Below, piece by piece: positions 26,401 to 39,787 of a stretch of 64,000 nucleotides of DNA (positions within the stretch are counted from its first letter, which is position 1; every line of letters starts with the position of its first letter). Under the pieces are notes generated by a model. That model did not search any database, had not been told where the DNA came from, and saw only the letters and a program-made list of their open reading frames with translations. The DNA is from Octopus vulgaris (taxonomy: Eukaryota), in the NCBI GenBank assembly GCA_951406725.2, contig OX597818.1, forward strand, positions 117,428,001-117,492,000. Reading direction: 5' to 3'. The translations under genes and the position numbers were made by a program.

Positions 26401-28593
26401 AAGATTGTCAGTAAGTATGCAACTACATATATATATATGTGTGCATGCTAGGAGTGCGTTGCGGAGTCAGTGTGTGTGTGTGTATGTGTGTATATGTTTA
26501 TGTGTGTGTGTGTGGTGTACGCGTGAATATATCAATGTGTGTATGTGTGTGCGTGTGTATACACACACTCACACACACATGTGTACCATTATGACACACA
26601 TTGAGAATTAGTGAGAGACAGATAGGGAGGAGAGATTGATTGATGGATGCGCACCCACACACATATATAAACACAGACATACATACAAGCATAATTACAT
26701 AGGTGAGTGCGCGTAGCCAAAAACCTTTTAGCCGTGACCACCCCAGAAAATTTCCGCTATTATGAAAAAGCTCAGGGCCTCCTCGAACAGTGCGTGCAGT
26801 ATAAAAACCGCACAGAGGGACTGAAGTAAATTTTGTCCACTAGGTTTAACAGGCAGGAAGGAAGGTCCCGTAAGGGTTGGCTCTATTATCGCATATTTTC
26901 AATACTTAGCCGCAGATCAAGCAAACATAGGATCGCAAGTTTTCCGGTCATGCCCATCCCGTCATAGTGCTATAGATTAAGGATAAAATATCCACCATAT
27001 GATTCGCTATTCACGAGAGCAGGATGTGATTCGAGGTACAATTAGCTGCGGCATCTGGCGGGTCAAGAGATAATAAAGAGAGGTGTCTCAGATTCGATAG
27101 CGTGTAGGATCGTGAGAATTTGCGGATATGAGTGAAATCGGTCCCGTTTGTGTGCATATTCCCCTCTTTTTCTTTAGCACTCATCCCAAATACAAAAACA
27201 CACACACATACACACATGTTCTCTCTCTCACTTTCTCCTCATCCATCACCCTCTTGTACTGTCTTATATTCCTCCCCACCACTACAAACTCAATACCACT
27301 ATAAAATGGTCAAACTCCTCAAACAGAAACTTAGTTTGATTTGAAGACCCCACTAGAATGGGAGAAAGCGCTAATACATGATCTAAGTTATATGATGTAT
27401 AAAAAATATAATATACAAATAAATATCTGTAAATATAAACCATCCGATTTTCTGAGTACCTCATTTCTTCTAATATAAAATACCTGTACATCATCTCCAA
27501 ACATTTCAATATATATATATATATAAGAAGTGAATTAATGAACTTATGTAGGCACACGGCTAAATTTAAAATGTCGAATATAAATATACCATATGGATAG
27601 AGTATATATTTTGTATTTTGATTTTTTGATTTTGATTTTGACTCTTGAGCGCTACGACGGAACTATAGCAAAGTCTTATTGTTTCTACATATATATTAGG
27701 AAAAACCTACAAACTTTGTTTTCATGTTATTGTATTGCATAAGATTACCTTGATTATTTATATTACCTTGATTATTTATAAATGACCCAAAATAGGATGT
27801 TATATTTTATTTTATATGTCTTTCGTATATATTTTTATTAATGCACCCATTTTTTAAAAGCAATGTTTTTTTTAAAAAAAGCAATGTTGTCAAATTTAGA
27901 ATGTTTATATAAGTTTGTATATAGCAAAGCATATATATTTGTAAGCATGCGTATCTGTGTATGTGTAAGTGAAAGTATGCGTGTGCTTAAGCACGCATAC
28001 ACACGACGGTATGTATATGTATCAATTCGAACTTGTGTATGTATACTGGCCTCTATAGATGTCAATAATATCGCTACAAGTTTTCCCCACCCCTCCTTCG
28101 TTTCTTTTTTCTTTCTTTCCCTTTCTTTCGTTCCCCCTCCTTGCTCAGTATATGAGAATTGCTACATAGATGAATTTTAGCTTGCGTGCGAGACGGTTTG
28201 CGTGAATATATGTACACATGCTTTTATGTGTATAATTTAGATTCATATTCATACGTCTGTATATGTATGTATGGCGTTTACGCGCATCCTTTTGTGTATG
28301 TTGATATATATATGTGGATTTTAATATAAATATGTATTGCAGTATTTATAACAGGTTTAATTTCTATGCATTAATTTGTACTGTCTTCATTAACGGCAAT
28401 AGGTTTTTTCCTCGGTTTTTTCCTCGGATTTTATAATTTTATAAGTTTTTATATATATATACATATATTTTTGACCTTTTTGTTTATCGCTCGAAGATTG
28501 ACCGTTTTTTCTAAAGGGCCAATCAAACAAGTCCATTTCTTTTTAAAGGTGTAGCGTTTGTAAGAGTATAGATTGAATTAATATATATGTTCC

Positions 28594-28656
28594 ATTCTAG
28601 CAAAAACTGTCTGATGAACGGCAACGAGAAACTCAGAGTAACAGATTTTGTTGAAT
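28594..28656 (+). ncRNA. Candidate type I hammerhead ribozyme (short, imperfect stem II)
   Basis: Stem I attctagcaaaaactgt / acagattttgttgaat; core CTGATGA (28611-28617); cg-GCAA-cg; GAAA (28628-28631); stem III ACT-cag-AGT; cleavage triplet GUA ending at 28640. Confidence 0.65.
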
Positions 28657-28676
28657 TTTCTGCTGCTTAAAATAAA

Positions 28677-28727
<51 letters not shown>

Positions 28728-28764
28728 TTCACACATACACACACACACGTATACATTATATATC

Positions 28765-28972
28765 TTTATTTCTTTATTACCTACAGGGGGATAAACATAG
28801 AGTGGACAAACAAGGACAGATGAAGGGATTAAGCTGATTATATCTACCCCAGTGCGTAACTGGTACTTATTTAATCGACCCCGAAATTATGAAAGGCAAA
28901 GTCGACCTCGGCAGAATTTAAACTCAGAACGTAACGGCAGACGAAATACCTCTAAGCATTTCGCCCAGCGTA
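28765..28972 (-). mobile_element. SINE family A, 5'-truncated
   Basis: Reverse match to the family A body and type-1 tail. Confidence 0.85.
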
Positions 28973-28989
28973 CTATGTATATATACAAA

Positions 28990-29100
28990 CTGAGACAAGA
29001 ACGTGAAACATTTAGAAGACGACACAAGAAGTACGGACGGGACATTCGAAGCCCTCAATCATCAGTCAAGAACCGGATCATCTTCGCAATTTCGGCTGAT
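28990..29100 (-). repeat. Dispersed repeat fragment; second copy on + at about 51237-51350
   Basis: atcagccgaaattg.gaagat.at..ggt.cttgactga is shared by both loci, each abutting (TA)n. Confidence 0.65.
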
Positions 29101-29482
29101 ATATATATATACACACACTCGTGTGCACAGGCGTACTCATGCAGCTTCTTTCATATAAAACTTCATTGAAAAGGACGCAGGAAATCATGCTACGCCACCA
29201 GAGAGATTTCACTGAGTGGTTGCCCCGGTTTAAAGAAACAGAAGCCGAATCTCCCTGAGGCCACACACTGTAATCTTAAACAAAAGCATGATGCTAAGTG
29301 TTGGACAGGGGAATGCTAGTCGACAATATTGAGCCGACACTTGAGTGTTATTAGATGTTATCGACCGTTCGAAAGTATTAGATGCAAAAATGATCTCGGC
29401 AAGATTTCATCTCAGATTTGAAGGTGCGAAAAGAGATGACGCGCTGAGTATTTCTAACGTGCCCGCCACACTAACGAGGTTT

Positions 29483-29755
29483 AGAAGAAGAAGAAGAAGA
29501 AGAAGAAGAAGAAGAAGAAGAAGAAGAAGAAGAAGAAGAAGAAGAAGAAGAAGAAGAAGAAAAAGAAGAAGAAGAAGAAGAAGAAGAAGAAGAACAAAAA
29601 AAAACAACAAGAAAAAGAAGAAGAAGAAGAAGAAGAAGAAGACAAAGAAGAAGAAGAAGAAGAAGAAGAAGAAGAAGAAGAAGAAGAAGAAGAAGGTGAA
29701 GAAGATCATGATGATGATGATGATGATGATGATGATAATGATGATGATGATGATT
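29483..29755. repeat. (GAA)n then (GAT)n microsatellite
   Basis: Direct inspection. Confidence 0.95.
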
Positions 29756-30246
29756 AATCGCAACCACCATAACAAAGCAACAACAAAGAGAAGAAAGAAT
29801 AAGCAGCGATGGGCACGATTGTAACGCTTTTGATGACAGATCTGCGCAATTAAGGTTCGGCACGAAACTAAACCACACGACAACATCAGCGGCAACAAAA
29901 ACACAAACGTACGCATAGCAACATCTATTTAACACATAAAAACACACTAACTTCATATCATATGCATCCATACACATTCTCCCCCTCGCTGGCCTACTCT
30001 TATAATATGCTTAATACTTAGTCTCCCAGTCTTCCAGATTACAGAGCACTTCTAGTATCTTGTTAAGAATATAGCTCCTATCCTACTTTAGTTCTTATTG
30101 TCTTCAGTTCCTTATATAATTTCTTGTAGTCTTTCACCGCCTCTCAAGTATGTGCGCGCCAAAACATGCGCGAATGATCGCGCACCTGTTTATTTATATA
30201 ATATTTTATGTATGTGTATGTTCATATCTGTATGACAAAGAGTTTG

Positions 30247-30249
<3 letters not shown>

Positions 30250-30290
<41 letters not shown>

Positions 30291-30302
30291 CATATATATA
30301 TT

Positions 30303-30350
<48 letters not shown>

Positions 30351-30359
30351 TATGTGTAC

Positions 30360-30390
<31 letters not shown>

Positions 30391-30454
30391 TATGTGTACA
30401 CATATATATGTATATATATATATATATATATATGTATAAATATATATATATATC

Positions 30455-30498
<44 letters not shown>

Positions 30499-30811
30499 CA
30501 TATACGTACAGATACATATTCATATAGAGCCGAATGCATATGCACGCGCACATTGACAGACACCTATTCGCAAACAGATATGTCATACAGACTAATATAT
30601 GTGTGGGTGGGTGTACCTGTGCGTGCGTGTGTAAGTGTGTGTGTGTGTGTATGTTAGTGTGCGAATGTTCACAGAAACACCCACGCTGGTAGAAGAGCCG
30701 AGACATATAAGCATGTGTGGGTGGGTATATGAACACACTTATTCAAACACTCACACACACATATTCATGCATTATTTCTATATCCATACCTATATATATA
30801 TATGCACATAC

Positions 30812-30842
<31 letters not shown>

Positions 30843-30889
30843 CATATATATGTATATATGTATATATATATCTATATACATATATATAC

Positions 30890-30950
<61 letters not shown>

Positions 30951-31075
30951 TATATATGTATAGATGTATAGATGTATGTATGGAGGGGTCTGAGGGTGCG
31001 TCATTATGTGCTTTAGGTATGCATATATGTATATATATATATATATATCAATGTATACATACATGTATGTGTATG
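30250..31075. repeat. Degenerate (TA)n arrays
   Basis: Direct inspection. Confidence 0.9.
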
Positions 31076-31499
31076 TGCTCGTGTGTGTACAGAAATGCAT
31101 TTATGAATGCCTTGCGTTTATGAACGCCATTTCATTGGGATGTTTTATTTCTCATATCTCTTTACAAATTCATGCTTCTGGCCGTCATCAAACTCTAACT
31201 TCCTGTCTCTCAAACTCCCAAAACTCATGTCGAACGATCCTCCCTGTTTTAATTAGATACCAACCCACCTTAGAAGCCTAAACACTCGTAAAATTAATTA
31301 CTAGCAACACACACACACACACACACATTCATATATATACACATACATATTCACACACCTATCTCTTGGTACACGAAATTAAAACTGCGTTGACCTTGTT
31401 TCTTTAATCCACACCCTCTCCAAACTTGACAGAAATAACAGTATGAAGAATAGAGTAGTTCATCACCATCCCCACCCATTTCTTTGGATTTAAAAATAA

Positions 31500-32268
31500 T
31501 CTTTTCTTCTCTAGGCAGAAGGCCCGAAATTTTGGAGGAGGGAGCCAATCATTAGATCGACCCCAGCACGCAACTGGTACTTAACTTATCGACTCCGAAA
31601 GAATTAAAGGTAAAGTCGACTTTACAGAGATTTTCGCTCGTACTTCAAGACAAAATTTCGCACGAGTCTCAGCTCGTACAGCAAATTACTCGTACAACGG
31701 AGCACTCGTACTGTTAGGTTCTACTGTACATACACAAATCCTGTACTGTACATACAGGAATGCACATCTTTTTACGCACATATATAAAGGTCATAGGGAG
31801 TACTGTACTGTTCTATCTTCACCCCCTTTCCGTACTTTTCTATTCTAGGCACAAGGTCCGACATTTTTGGCGGGTGCAGGGGCCCGTCGATTGGATCGAC
31901 CTCAGTACTCAAATAGTACATAATTTATCGACCCCGAAGAGATGAAAATCAAAGTCGACCTCGACGGAATTTCAGCTTAGAACGTATAGACAGACGAAAT
32001 ACCTCAAAACATTTCGCCTGGCCTTCCTAACGTTTCTTACTTCTTTATTGCCAACAAGGAGCTAAACACAGAGAGAACAAACAAGGACAGACAAAGAGAC
32101 TAAGTCGAGTACATCGACCCCAGTACGCAACTGGTACTTAATTTATCGACCCCGAAAGGATGAAAGGTAAAGTCGACCTCGGCGGAATTTGAACTCAGAA
32201 CGTAAAGACAGATGAAATATCGCTAAGCATTTCGCCCGGCCTTTCTAACGTTTCTGCCAGCTCGCCGC
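31500..32268 (-). mobile_element. Three SINE family A copies or fragments, plus a Tigger-like MITE end at 31632-31726
   Basis: A-family motifs at 31500-31622, 31835-32036 and 32040-32268. The stretch gcactcgtactgttaggttctactg+TA matches the right part of 39788-40156. Confidence 0.85.
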
Positions 32269-32411
32269 TTTGAGATTTGAAAACAACACGTGTATGTATA
32301 TGTACATAAAGACATACACACGTACCTGTCTACATATATACATACATACACACTCATACATACAAATTCACACACACTCACATTCATACCACACACCCAC
32401 GCTTGAACCTA

Positions 32412-32456
<45 letters not shown>

Positions 32457-32853
32457 TATACACGCGCATACACATAAATATACATGATGTGCAAGTTGAA
32501 AGAGATATGCGCGCTTGTGCATGTGTGAATTTCCAATGGTTTCTGACTATGACGTTACGTCCATTGAAGCATTTCCACTTCTTCGCTGTTTCGTTGTAGA
32601 TAGTGATCTCTCCGATAGCAAAGATATTTAATCAAGCTATTCCCACGTGTACACTTAAATGACATTCATTTGTACGGATGTGTATTTCTATATTTCTATA
32701 TCACATATTGTGTTACTCGTCCATTAAAAACGTCATCGTGTAATTTTAGTGCTTTTTGAGTGAGATTTGTTTGCGATTATCAAAAGATTGTCTAGCCACG
32801 TAGGTGATTGCTTGCTGGCTTCTGTATTCTTTATTTCCAGCATTTTTTAGGTA

Positions 32854-32902
<49 letters not shown>

Positions 32903-33060
32903 GTATATGTATATGTATATATATGCGTGTCAGGGGACAAGAAAGAAAAAAGAAAAAAAGGGGTACTCGAAACATTATATAGGAGTTACATGTACTCTTA
33001 TTTTTGATAGCATATGAATTTTGCTCCATGCATTTCAAGTGTCTTGTATGCTGGTCATTC

Positions 33061-33131
33061 GATCACCCATACCTGACGAGCTAGGTTCGTATGACGAACT
33101 TACGAAACTTTAAGTTGTATGGACCCTGATC
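33061..33131 (+). ncRNA. Type I hammerhead ribozyme, intact catalytic core
   Basis: Stem I ccatac/gtatgg, extended by gatca/tgatc across an internal loop; CTGACGA 33073-33079; stem II closed by G33080-C33103 with gttcgt/acgaac; GAAA 33104-33107; stem III ACT-tta-AGT; GUU cleavage site after 33116. Confidence 0.8.
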
Positions 33132-33154
33132 AAACTTATTAAAAAGTAATATAT

Positions 33155-33222
<68 letters not shown>

Positions 33223-33291
33223 TTCTGTGTGTGTGTGTGTGTGTGAGTGTATCTCTGTGTGTGTGTGCGTGTGTATGTACGCATGTATGCA

Positions 33292-33660
33292 TTACTCTTT
33301 TACTTGTTTCAGTCACTTGAGTGCGGCCATGTTGGATCACTGCTTTTAGTCGAACAAATCAATACCAGGATTTATTCCTTGTAAGCCTAGTACTTATTCT
33401 ATCGGTTCCTTTTCCGGAACCGCTAAGTTACGGGGACGTAAACACACCAACACCAGTTATCAAGAGATGGTGGGAGGATGAGGGACAAACACAAACACAC
33501 ATACGCGCACACACACGACGGGCTTCTTTCAGTTTCCTTCTACTATATCTGCTTACAAGACTTTGGTCAGCCCGAGACTATAGTTGAAGACGTTCGCCCA
33601 AAGTACCACTCAGTGGGAATGAACTCGGAACCATGTGTTTGGTATGCAAACTTCTTAACA
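33292..33660 (-). mobile_element. SINE family B
   Basis: Reverse match to the B modules. Confidence 0.85.
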
Positions 33661-33711
33661 CGTTACTCCAAATCTTGTTGCAATCAAGTGAATTTCCAAA
33701 TACCTAAGAGA

Positions 33712-33868
33712 TTATATCGACCCCAGTGCGTAACTGGTACTTATTTAATCGACCCCGAAATAATGAAAGGCAAAGTCAACCTCGGTGGAATTTGAACTTA
33801 GAACGTAGCGACAGACGAAATACCGCAAAGTACTTCGCCCGGCGTGCTAACGTTTCTGCCAGCTCGTC
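33712..33868 (-). mobile_element. SINE family A, tail missing
   Basis: Reverse match to the A head and body. Confidence 0.85.
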
Positions 33869-33870
33869 TC

Positions 33871-33902
<32 letters not shown>

Positions 33903-34309
33903 CAACTACATCATCATCGTCACCGGTAGACGTCGTCGTCGTCATCATCACTATCCACACATCACCGTCGTCTTTGTCGTCATCATCATCATCACCATCA
34001 TCATCATCACTACCTTCATCATCATGAACCATAGTTTTCACGATCACCGATCTTATAAATAAGTAATGCAAATATTTGCATAAAATGTCGTGTCTCTTCA
34101 CTAAGTCCTACTGACTCCCTCCCCGTACAGACAACGCATACTAAATGATAAAAATCTGACTTCAGGCGTTGACAGCCTACGTCACCAATATTTAAAGACA
34201 AAGAATCTAATAATAACTAGAGTGAATAACTTCGCTGTTGTTCATGAAAATCGGTTGTCGATATATTTAAACTGTCTGAATAATAATTTCACATCGTACT
34301 CTCGTAGTT

Positions 34310-34532
34310 CGTCAGAAACGCTAGCACGTCGGGTGAAATGTTTAGCAGGATCTCGTCTGCTGCTACGTTCTGAGTTCAAATTCCGCCGAGGTCGATTTTG
34401 CCTTTCATCCTTTCGGGTTTGATTAAATAAGTACCAGTTACGCACTGGAGTCGATGTATTCGACTTAATCCGTTTGTCTGTCCTTGTTTGTCCTCTCCCT
34501 GTGATTAATCCCCTGTGGGTATTAAAGAAATA
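34310..34532 (+). mobile_element. SINE family A
   Basis: cagaaacgctagcacgtcggg...ttaaagaaata. Confidence 0.85.
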
Positions 34533-34619
34533 GGATCGATCTGAACTCGTGTAACCATTGATACAATTTATTGTAACATAGCCACGAGGTAGCAAAGCCT
34601 TGCTGATGAAATTGTTTTC

Positions 34620-34948
34620 GTTAGTTAGTTAGTTAGTTAATTTGGCTCAAAAGCAAATAGCAAGGCCATGTAGGGGGACATGGAGTTAAGTACAGGGTGG
34701 TGTTCATGTAAAGAGTTCAGGCCACTTGAGGTCAAGGGAGGCTTTTAACAAAGCGGTCGTCGGCATCTTTACCATCTCGTCTGGCAGCTTGTTCCACGGA
34801 TCCGCAACCCGGACGGAGAAAGCTCCTCTCCTTCGATTGAGATGAAATCGTCGCAGGTAGAGCTTTTCGGAATGACCCCGTAGCCGACGAACAGCTCTTT
34901 CAAGAGGTTACACTTTCCGCTTATGATGCTGTGGGCGAGAATGAGACG
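34620..34948 (-). mobile_element. 3' end of a CR1-group LINE (ORF2 C-terminus, 3'UTR and (TAAC)n tail)
   Basis: Minus strand reads LILAHSIISGKCNL, frameshift, then RLRGHSEKLYLRRFHLNRRRGAFSVRVADPWNKLPDEMV...KWPELFT* (stop 34704-34706). This is the RGH..KL / FS.RV...WN.LP signature of CR1 ORF2. Confidence 0.85.
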
Positions 34949-35654
34949 CAGACTGTGCAACAGATCCTCTAAGTGACCTTTTTCTGATTTTTTTTTCTGT
35001 GTCTCGGAGTAGAAACTGATGAATAAAGAAATCAAGCTACGTAAACAAACAGCAGCAAAACTGTTCAGAAATTAAATAATAAACTTAAATTTATCCTCGA
35101 CAATTTCTAGTTTTTTCAATTTTGAATATTTCGCTCCAGTTTAAAACATCTTATCTACTTGACGATTGCATTTCTAGCTCTGCCTTGATGGAAACTTCTT
35201 GGACTCACATTTTCGTGCGTAACGACGTTGTTAAACCTCCGTTGTTAAACCTCTGTATGCAGGTTCTTTACCTTTTCTTCCACGCACGGATAAATTTTCC
35301 ACTATAAACCTTAATGGTCGTACAGACACTAGACTAAAAAAGGCCTTCATAGAGGATAATGTCCTTGTTCCCACTACAGGCGACACACACAAACACATAA
35401 AATTACAAATACGGCCCGCACACCCATTTTCACATTCCATGACTACTATTGCGAACGATCAGGTACCGGATACGGATTCTGTATTATTTTCCGGGTTTTC
35501 TTTTTCTTTTTTTTCACTGAATTTTTGATAGCGGTGGGGTTCATGTTTAGCATTCTCGTTTGTGAGAGCAGTCAAGTATATTTCAGATATTCTCATTTTA
35601 AAAATCATTTCCGGCTAATCGTTGAGAAGACGTTCTTGTTGCCTTGGCGGATGT

Positions 35655-35684
35655 CTTCTTCTTCTTCTTCTTCTTCTTCTTCTT

Positions 35685-35715
<31 letters not shown>

Positions 35716-35759
35716 TTATTATTATTATTATCATTATTATTATTATTATTATTATTATC

Positions 35760-35811
<52 letters not shown>

Positions 35812-35826
35812 GTAATAATAATAATA
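35655..35826. repeat. (TCT)n, (TAT)n and (AAT)n microsatellite
   Basis: Direct inspection. Confidence 0.95.
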
Positions 35827-36106
35827 AAGGGATATCCGAAACATCTAGATAGGCTCCCAGGAGAACCATGTCTCAGAGAAATCCAAAAGATTATGCTGTG
35901 AAGTACTGTACACATTCTTAGAAAAAAACCAATACATTTAAATGTCTGTGTTGTATTACATGAAGATATTTCGCTTCTGGCCTTACCACTTCCCCTCCCC
36001 AAGCTTTCAGTCATACTTTAACATCTCTTATCCTTTACTCGCCCTAAGACTTTGGGCGTGTCTCGGCAAATGATTGTAACAAACATGCAGATTAAAAATA
36101 AATAAA
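35827..36106 (+). mobile_element. 3' end of an R4/Dong-like non-LTR retrotransposon within (TAA)n
   Basis: KGYPKHLDRLPGEPCLREIQKIML*STVHILRK resembles the conserved QK..L..T.HILRK C-terminus of R4-clade ORFs. Flanked by (TAA)n on both sides. Confidence 0.7.
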
Positions 36107-36114
36107 TGATAATG

Positions 36115-36190
<76 letters not shown>

Positions 36191-36974
36191 CAGTGTTTTC
36201 TACTATAAGCAGAAGGCCTGAAAATTTGAAGGGAGGTTTAAGTCGATTAGATCGACTTCAGTACTCAACTGGTACTTAATTTATTGATCCCGAAAGCATA
36301 AAAGGCAAACCCGATGAAATTGACTTTACACCCTCCATCTACGTTGCTGGCCTTGTGCCAAAATTTACATACACACACACACACACACACACATACATAT
36401 ATATATAGAGAGGAGAGATGACCAAACTGGTCGTACTGTTCTGGGTTCCCACTACGTCCACTAGGACTTACTCCATTTCATCTTTGCGCAACCTCCTCAC
36501 TAAGTTTGTTCGATAGTTGCAAAGCTCCTTCTGTTGTATTTGTAATATATGTATAATTATCATATTCTTCTTCTGTTGTATACAGCCGTAAGGTTTCCTG
36601 CTGTTATATATATGCATAATTCATTGTGTGTTGTATTTATATAATTTATATAATGATTTCTTTGTTTCTGTCTTAGCTAGCTTTTCCTCCAGTAGCTTAA
36701 TAACAACAATGGCACCTCCAAAACTGAGTGAAACTTCTATGATACTTTAGGTCATTGACCAACGAGGAAAAGTGGGCTGCGAATGTTCCGTGTATCGTGT
36801 CTTTTAAATTTCCTGTCTGTTAAGCTTTCGTCTAACATTTTGTCTTCGTTGTGTTCGTTCTGTTCAACCGCTATACATACATACATACATACATACATAC
36901 ATACATACATACATACATACATACACACATACATGCACACATACATACTTACATACATACATGCATACATACAT

Positions 36975-37064
36975 GCACCTTGGACAAGTGTCTTCTACCA
37001 TAGCCTCGGGTCGACCAAAGCCTTATGAGTGGATTTGTTAGACGGAAACTGAAAGAAGACCGTC

Positions 37065-37123
<59 letters not shown>

Positions 37124-37321
37124 TGTGTGCATATTTGTGTGTGTGTCCCCAACATTGCAGGTGTGTTTACGTCCCCGTAATTTTGAGGTTCGGCAAAAGA
37201 AACCGATATAATAAGTACTAGGCTTACAAAGAATAAGTCCTTGGGTCGATTTGCTCGACTAAAGGCGGTGCTCCAGCTTGGCCGCAGTCAAATGACTGAA
37301 ACAAGTAAAAGAGTAAAAGAG
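36975..37321 (+). mobile_element. SINE family B, head missing
   Basis: gcaccttggacaagtgtc...gactgaaacaagtaaaagagtaaaagag. Confidence 0.88.
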
Positions 37322-38169
37322 TATATATATATACACGAAGATCTTAAAACAAGTGTATATGAGGGGATGCTTGCACATAGTCGCTTAAAACACCTCACCG
37401 TTTTAATATATTGAAGGATACAATGCACACGCAAAATCATTTCTCTCTCACACACGCACATGCACACGCGCACACGCACACATGCACGCACGCACACGAA
37501 TCCTTTCTGCTGTCGGCAAAAAATCCTGAAATCTTGAGGCAGGATTCTAGACGATTACAACAGCTCCGGGGCTCAACTGGTTGTTTATTCATCGGGTGGA
37601 AAGAGATGATAGACAGAGCCGACTTCGGTGGATTTGAACTCAGAACTCAAAACCAGAAGAATTGCTGTTAAGCCAAGTGCCAGCTGTGCATTGGATTCGA
37701 TGCAATCGACTAGACCATTCCACTCAAATTTGAGGTTTCTTGCCTTTTGTAGAATGTATAATGTACACCGAACAAGATTGTGTACATCAGTTTTTAGTGT
37801 CATCATACATATGTCGACTAATCATAGGTGTGTCATAAATTTTAAATGCCAAGGAAATCATGTTTACAAATATATGCCAAGTTCAGGGTTACCAGACCTG
37901 TGACCAACAGCATCGTAATCCGGATTAATGTTGAAAACATGATAACCATGACAAATGTATAGATAGATACATACATGCTTACATATATACCTACTTACAC
38001 ATACACACACACATGTATATATAGGGAAGACGAAGAGAGGTGGTGTAGACAACAAAAGACGAAGACAGGTGGTGTAGACAACAAACAGATGTATTAGTAT
38101 AACGTTCGGTAAGTGAAAAAAGTCTTTAAGTTTTCGAGCCTTAGAAAGGAGAGAAAGGAGAGAAAGTAA

Positions 38170-38272
<103 letters not shown>

Positions 38273-38330
38273 TTTATTGCGTTTCTGGTAATTCAGAGGC
38301 ATATGTGGAAAATAGAAAAGATAGAAAAGA

Positions 38331-38386
<56 letters not shown>

Positions 38387-38826
38387 GGAGAAGAAGTGTA
38401 ATGAAACAGAGGCAAAGCGCAATAGGAGAAACAGCGAGTATGTGTGTTTGAGAAAAAGGCAGATAAAACAAGAGAAGAGAAATTTGAAAGGTATCGCTTT
38501 CATTGCGATACAAAATGCTCACAGTGAACTTACATGACTCTAATATTAGCCATCACTTACTACTGCCAAGACAACATAGAATTTGTTTTTTTCCTTATTA
38601 GTATCTCGGTTTATGTTTTTTTTCTGTTTTGGTAACACGCTTAAAAGCCATAATCGGTCTCTTAGAGATGCTGCATCAATTCACGTTGATACCGTTGATT
38701 AAACCCAAGAATTACCGTTATCCAGACCTATAACCATTACGCTCCAACCCCATATTTTTGTCGAGGAAACCCAATCGTGGACCTTATTATCAAATAAAAT
38801 ATTTGTGTTCTTGCTACTGTGGCTAA

Positions 38827-39235
38827 AGGCGACGAACTGGCAAAATCGTTAGCTCGCCGGGCAAAATCCTTAGCGTTATTTCGTCTACCGTTACGTTCTG
38901 AGTTCAAATTCCGCCGAGGTCGACTTTGCCTTTCAACCTTTCGGGGTCGATAAATAAAGTACCAGTTTCGCACTGGGGTCGATGTAACCGACTTAATCCA
39001 TTTGTCTGTCCTTGTTTGTCCCCTCTATGTTTAGCCTCTTGTGGGTAGTAAAGAAATAGGTATTTCATTTCGCATTACGTTTTGAATTTAAATCCCGGCC
39101 ATATTTTATAATTCTTCGGCTTATAATTCTTTCGGAGGTTGATCAAATGCGTCCCAATTGAGACCTGGCGGTCGATGTAATTTATTTGACCTGTCCAAAC
39201 TAAATATCCGGTCTTGTACCTAGAGTAGAAAATGA
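38827..39235 (+). mobile_element. SINE family A dimer
   Basis: Full copy, then the junction aaagaaataggtatttc and a diverged second unit with a type-2 tail. Confidence 0.85.
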
Positions 39236-39787
39236 TAAATTCTTACAAAAACAGAGTTGGGACTCTATGAACACTGAATGAAAGCCACGTTAAAGGTACA
39301 TGTGTCTGTAGACTCCCCAGTCACTTCCACGTTAATTTTATAAACACACTGCATCATTGATTGGATCCTCTGGAACCCCCCTCGTTATAACCAACGGAAT
39401 GCTATTTTTATGATTGTGTGATGTATTTTGAGGAAAATTTAGCCATATCATTTAGGTGTTCTAATTTGTTTTAGGTTGTAATGTTTCATTTTTAAAATTG
39501 GGGTAAATTAACTAGGCTGTGATGAAGCACATATTACTATATAAATATGTAGGTATTGTGTAAATAACTGTGTTCATTCATACAATAATTATCAGAAAGA
39601 ACTGACCTAAAAATGGCGAAGAAAAAATATACATTCACATGCATTCACAGACACACACGAACACACATGCTCAGGCAAACACGCACACATGCACGCGCGC
39701 GCCTACACTACAGTACACACACAAATATGTATACGTTAACACATATACACAGACACACAAACACACATAAATATATTTATATATATA

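Noticed and set aside
34280-34320. Minus-strand CTGACGA...GAAA
   Set aside because: It is created by a SINE junction, and stems I and III are absent.
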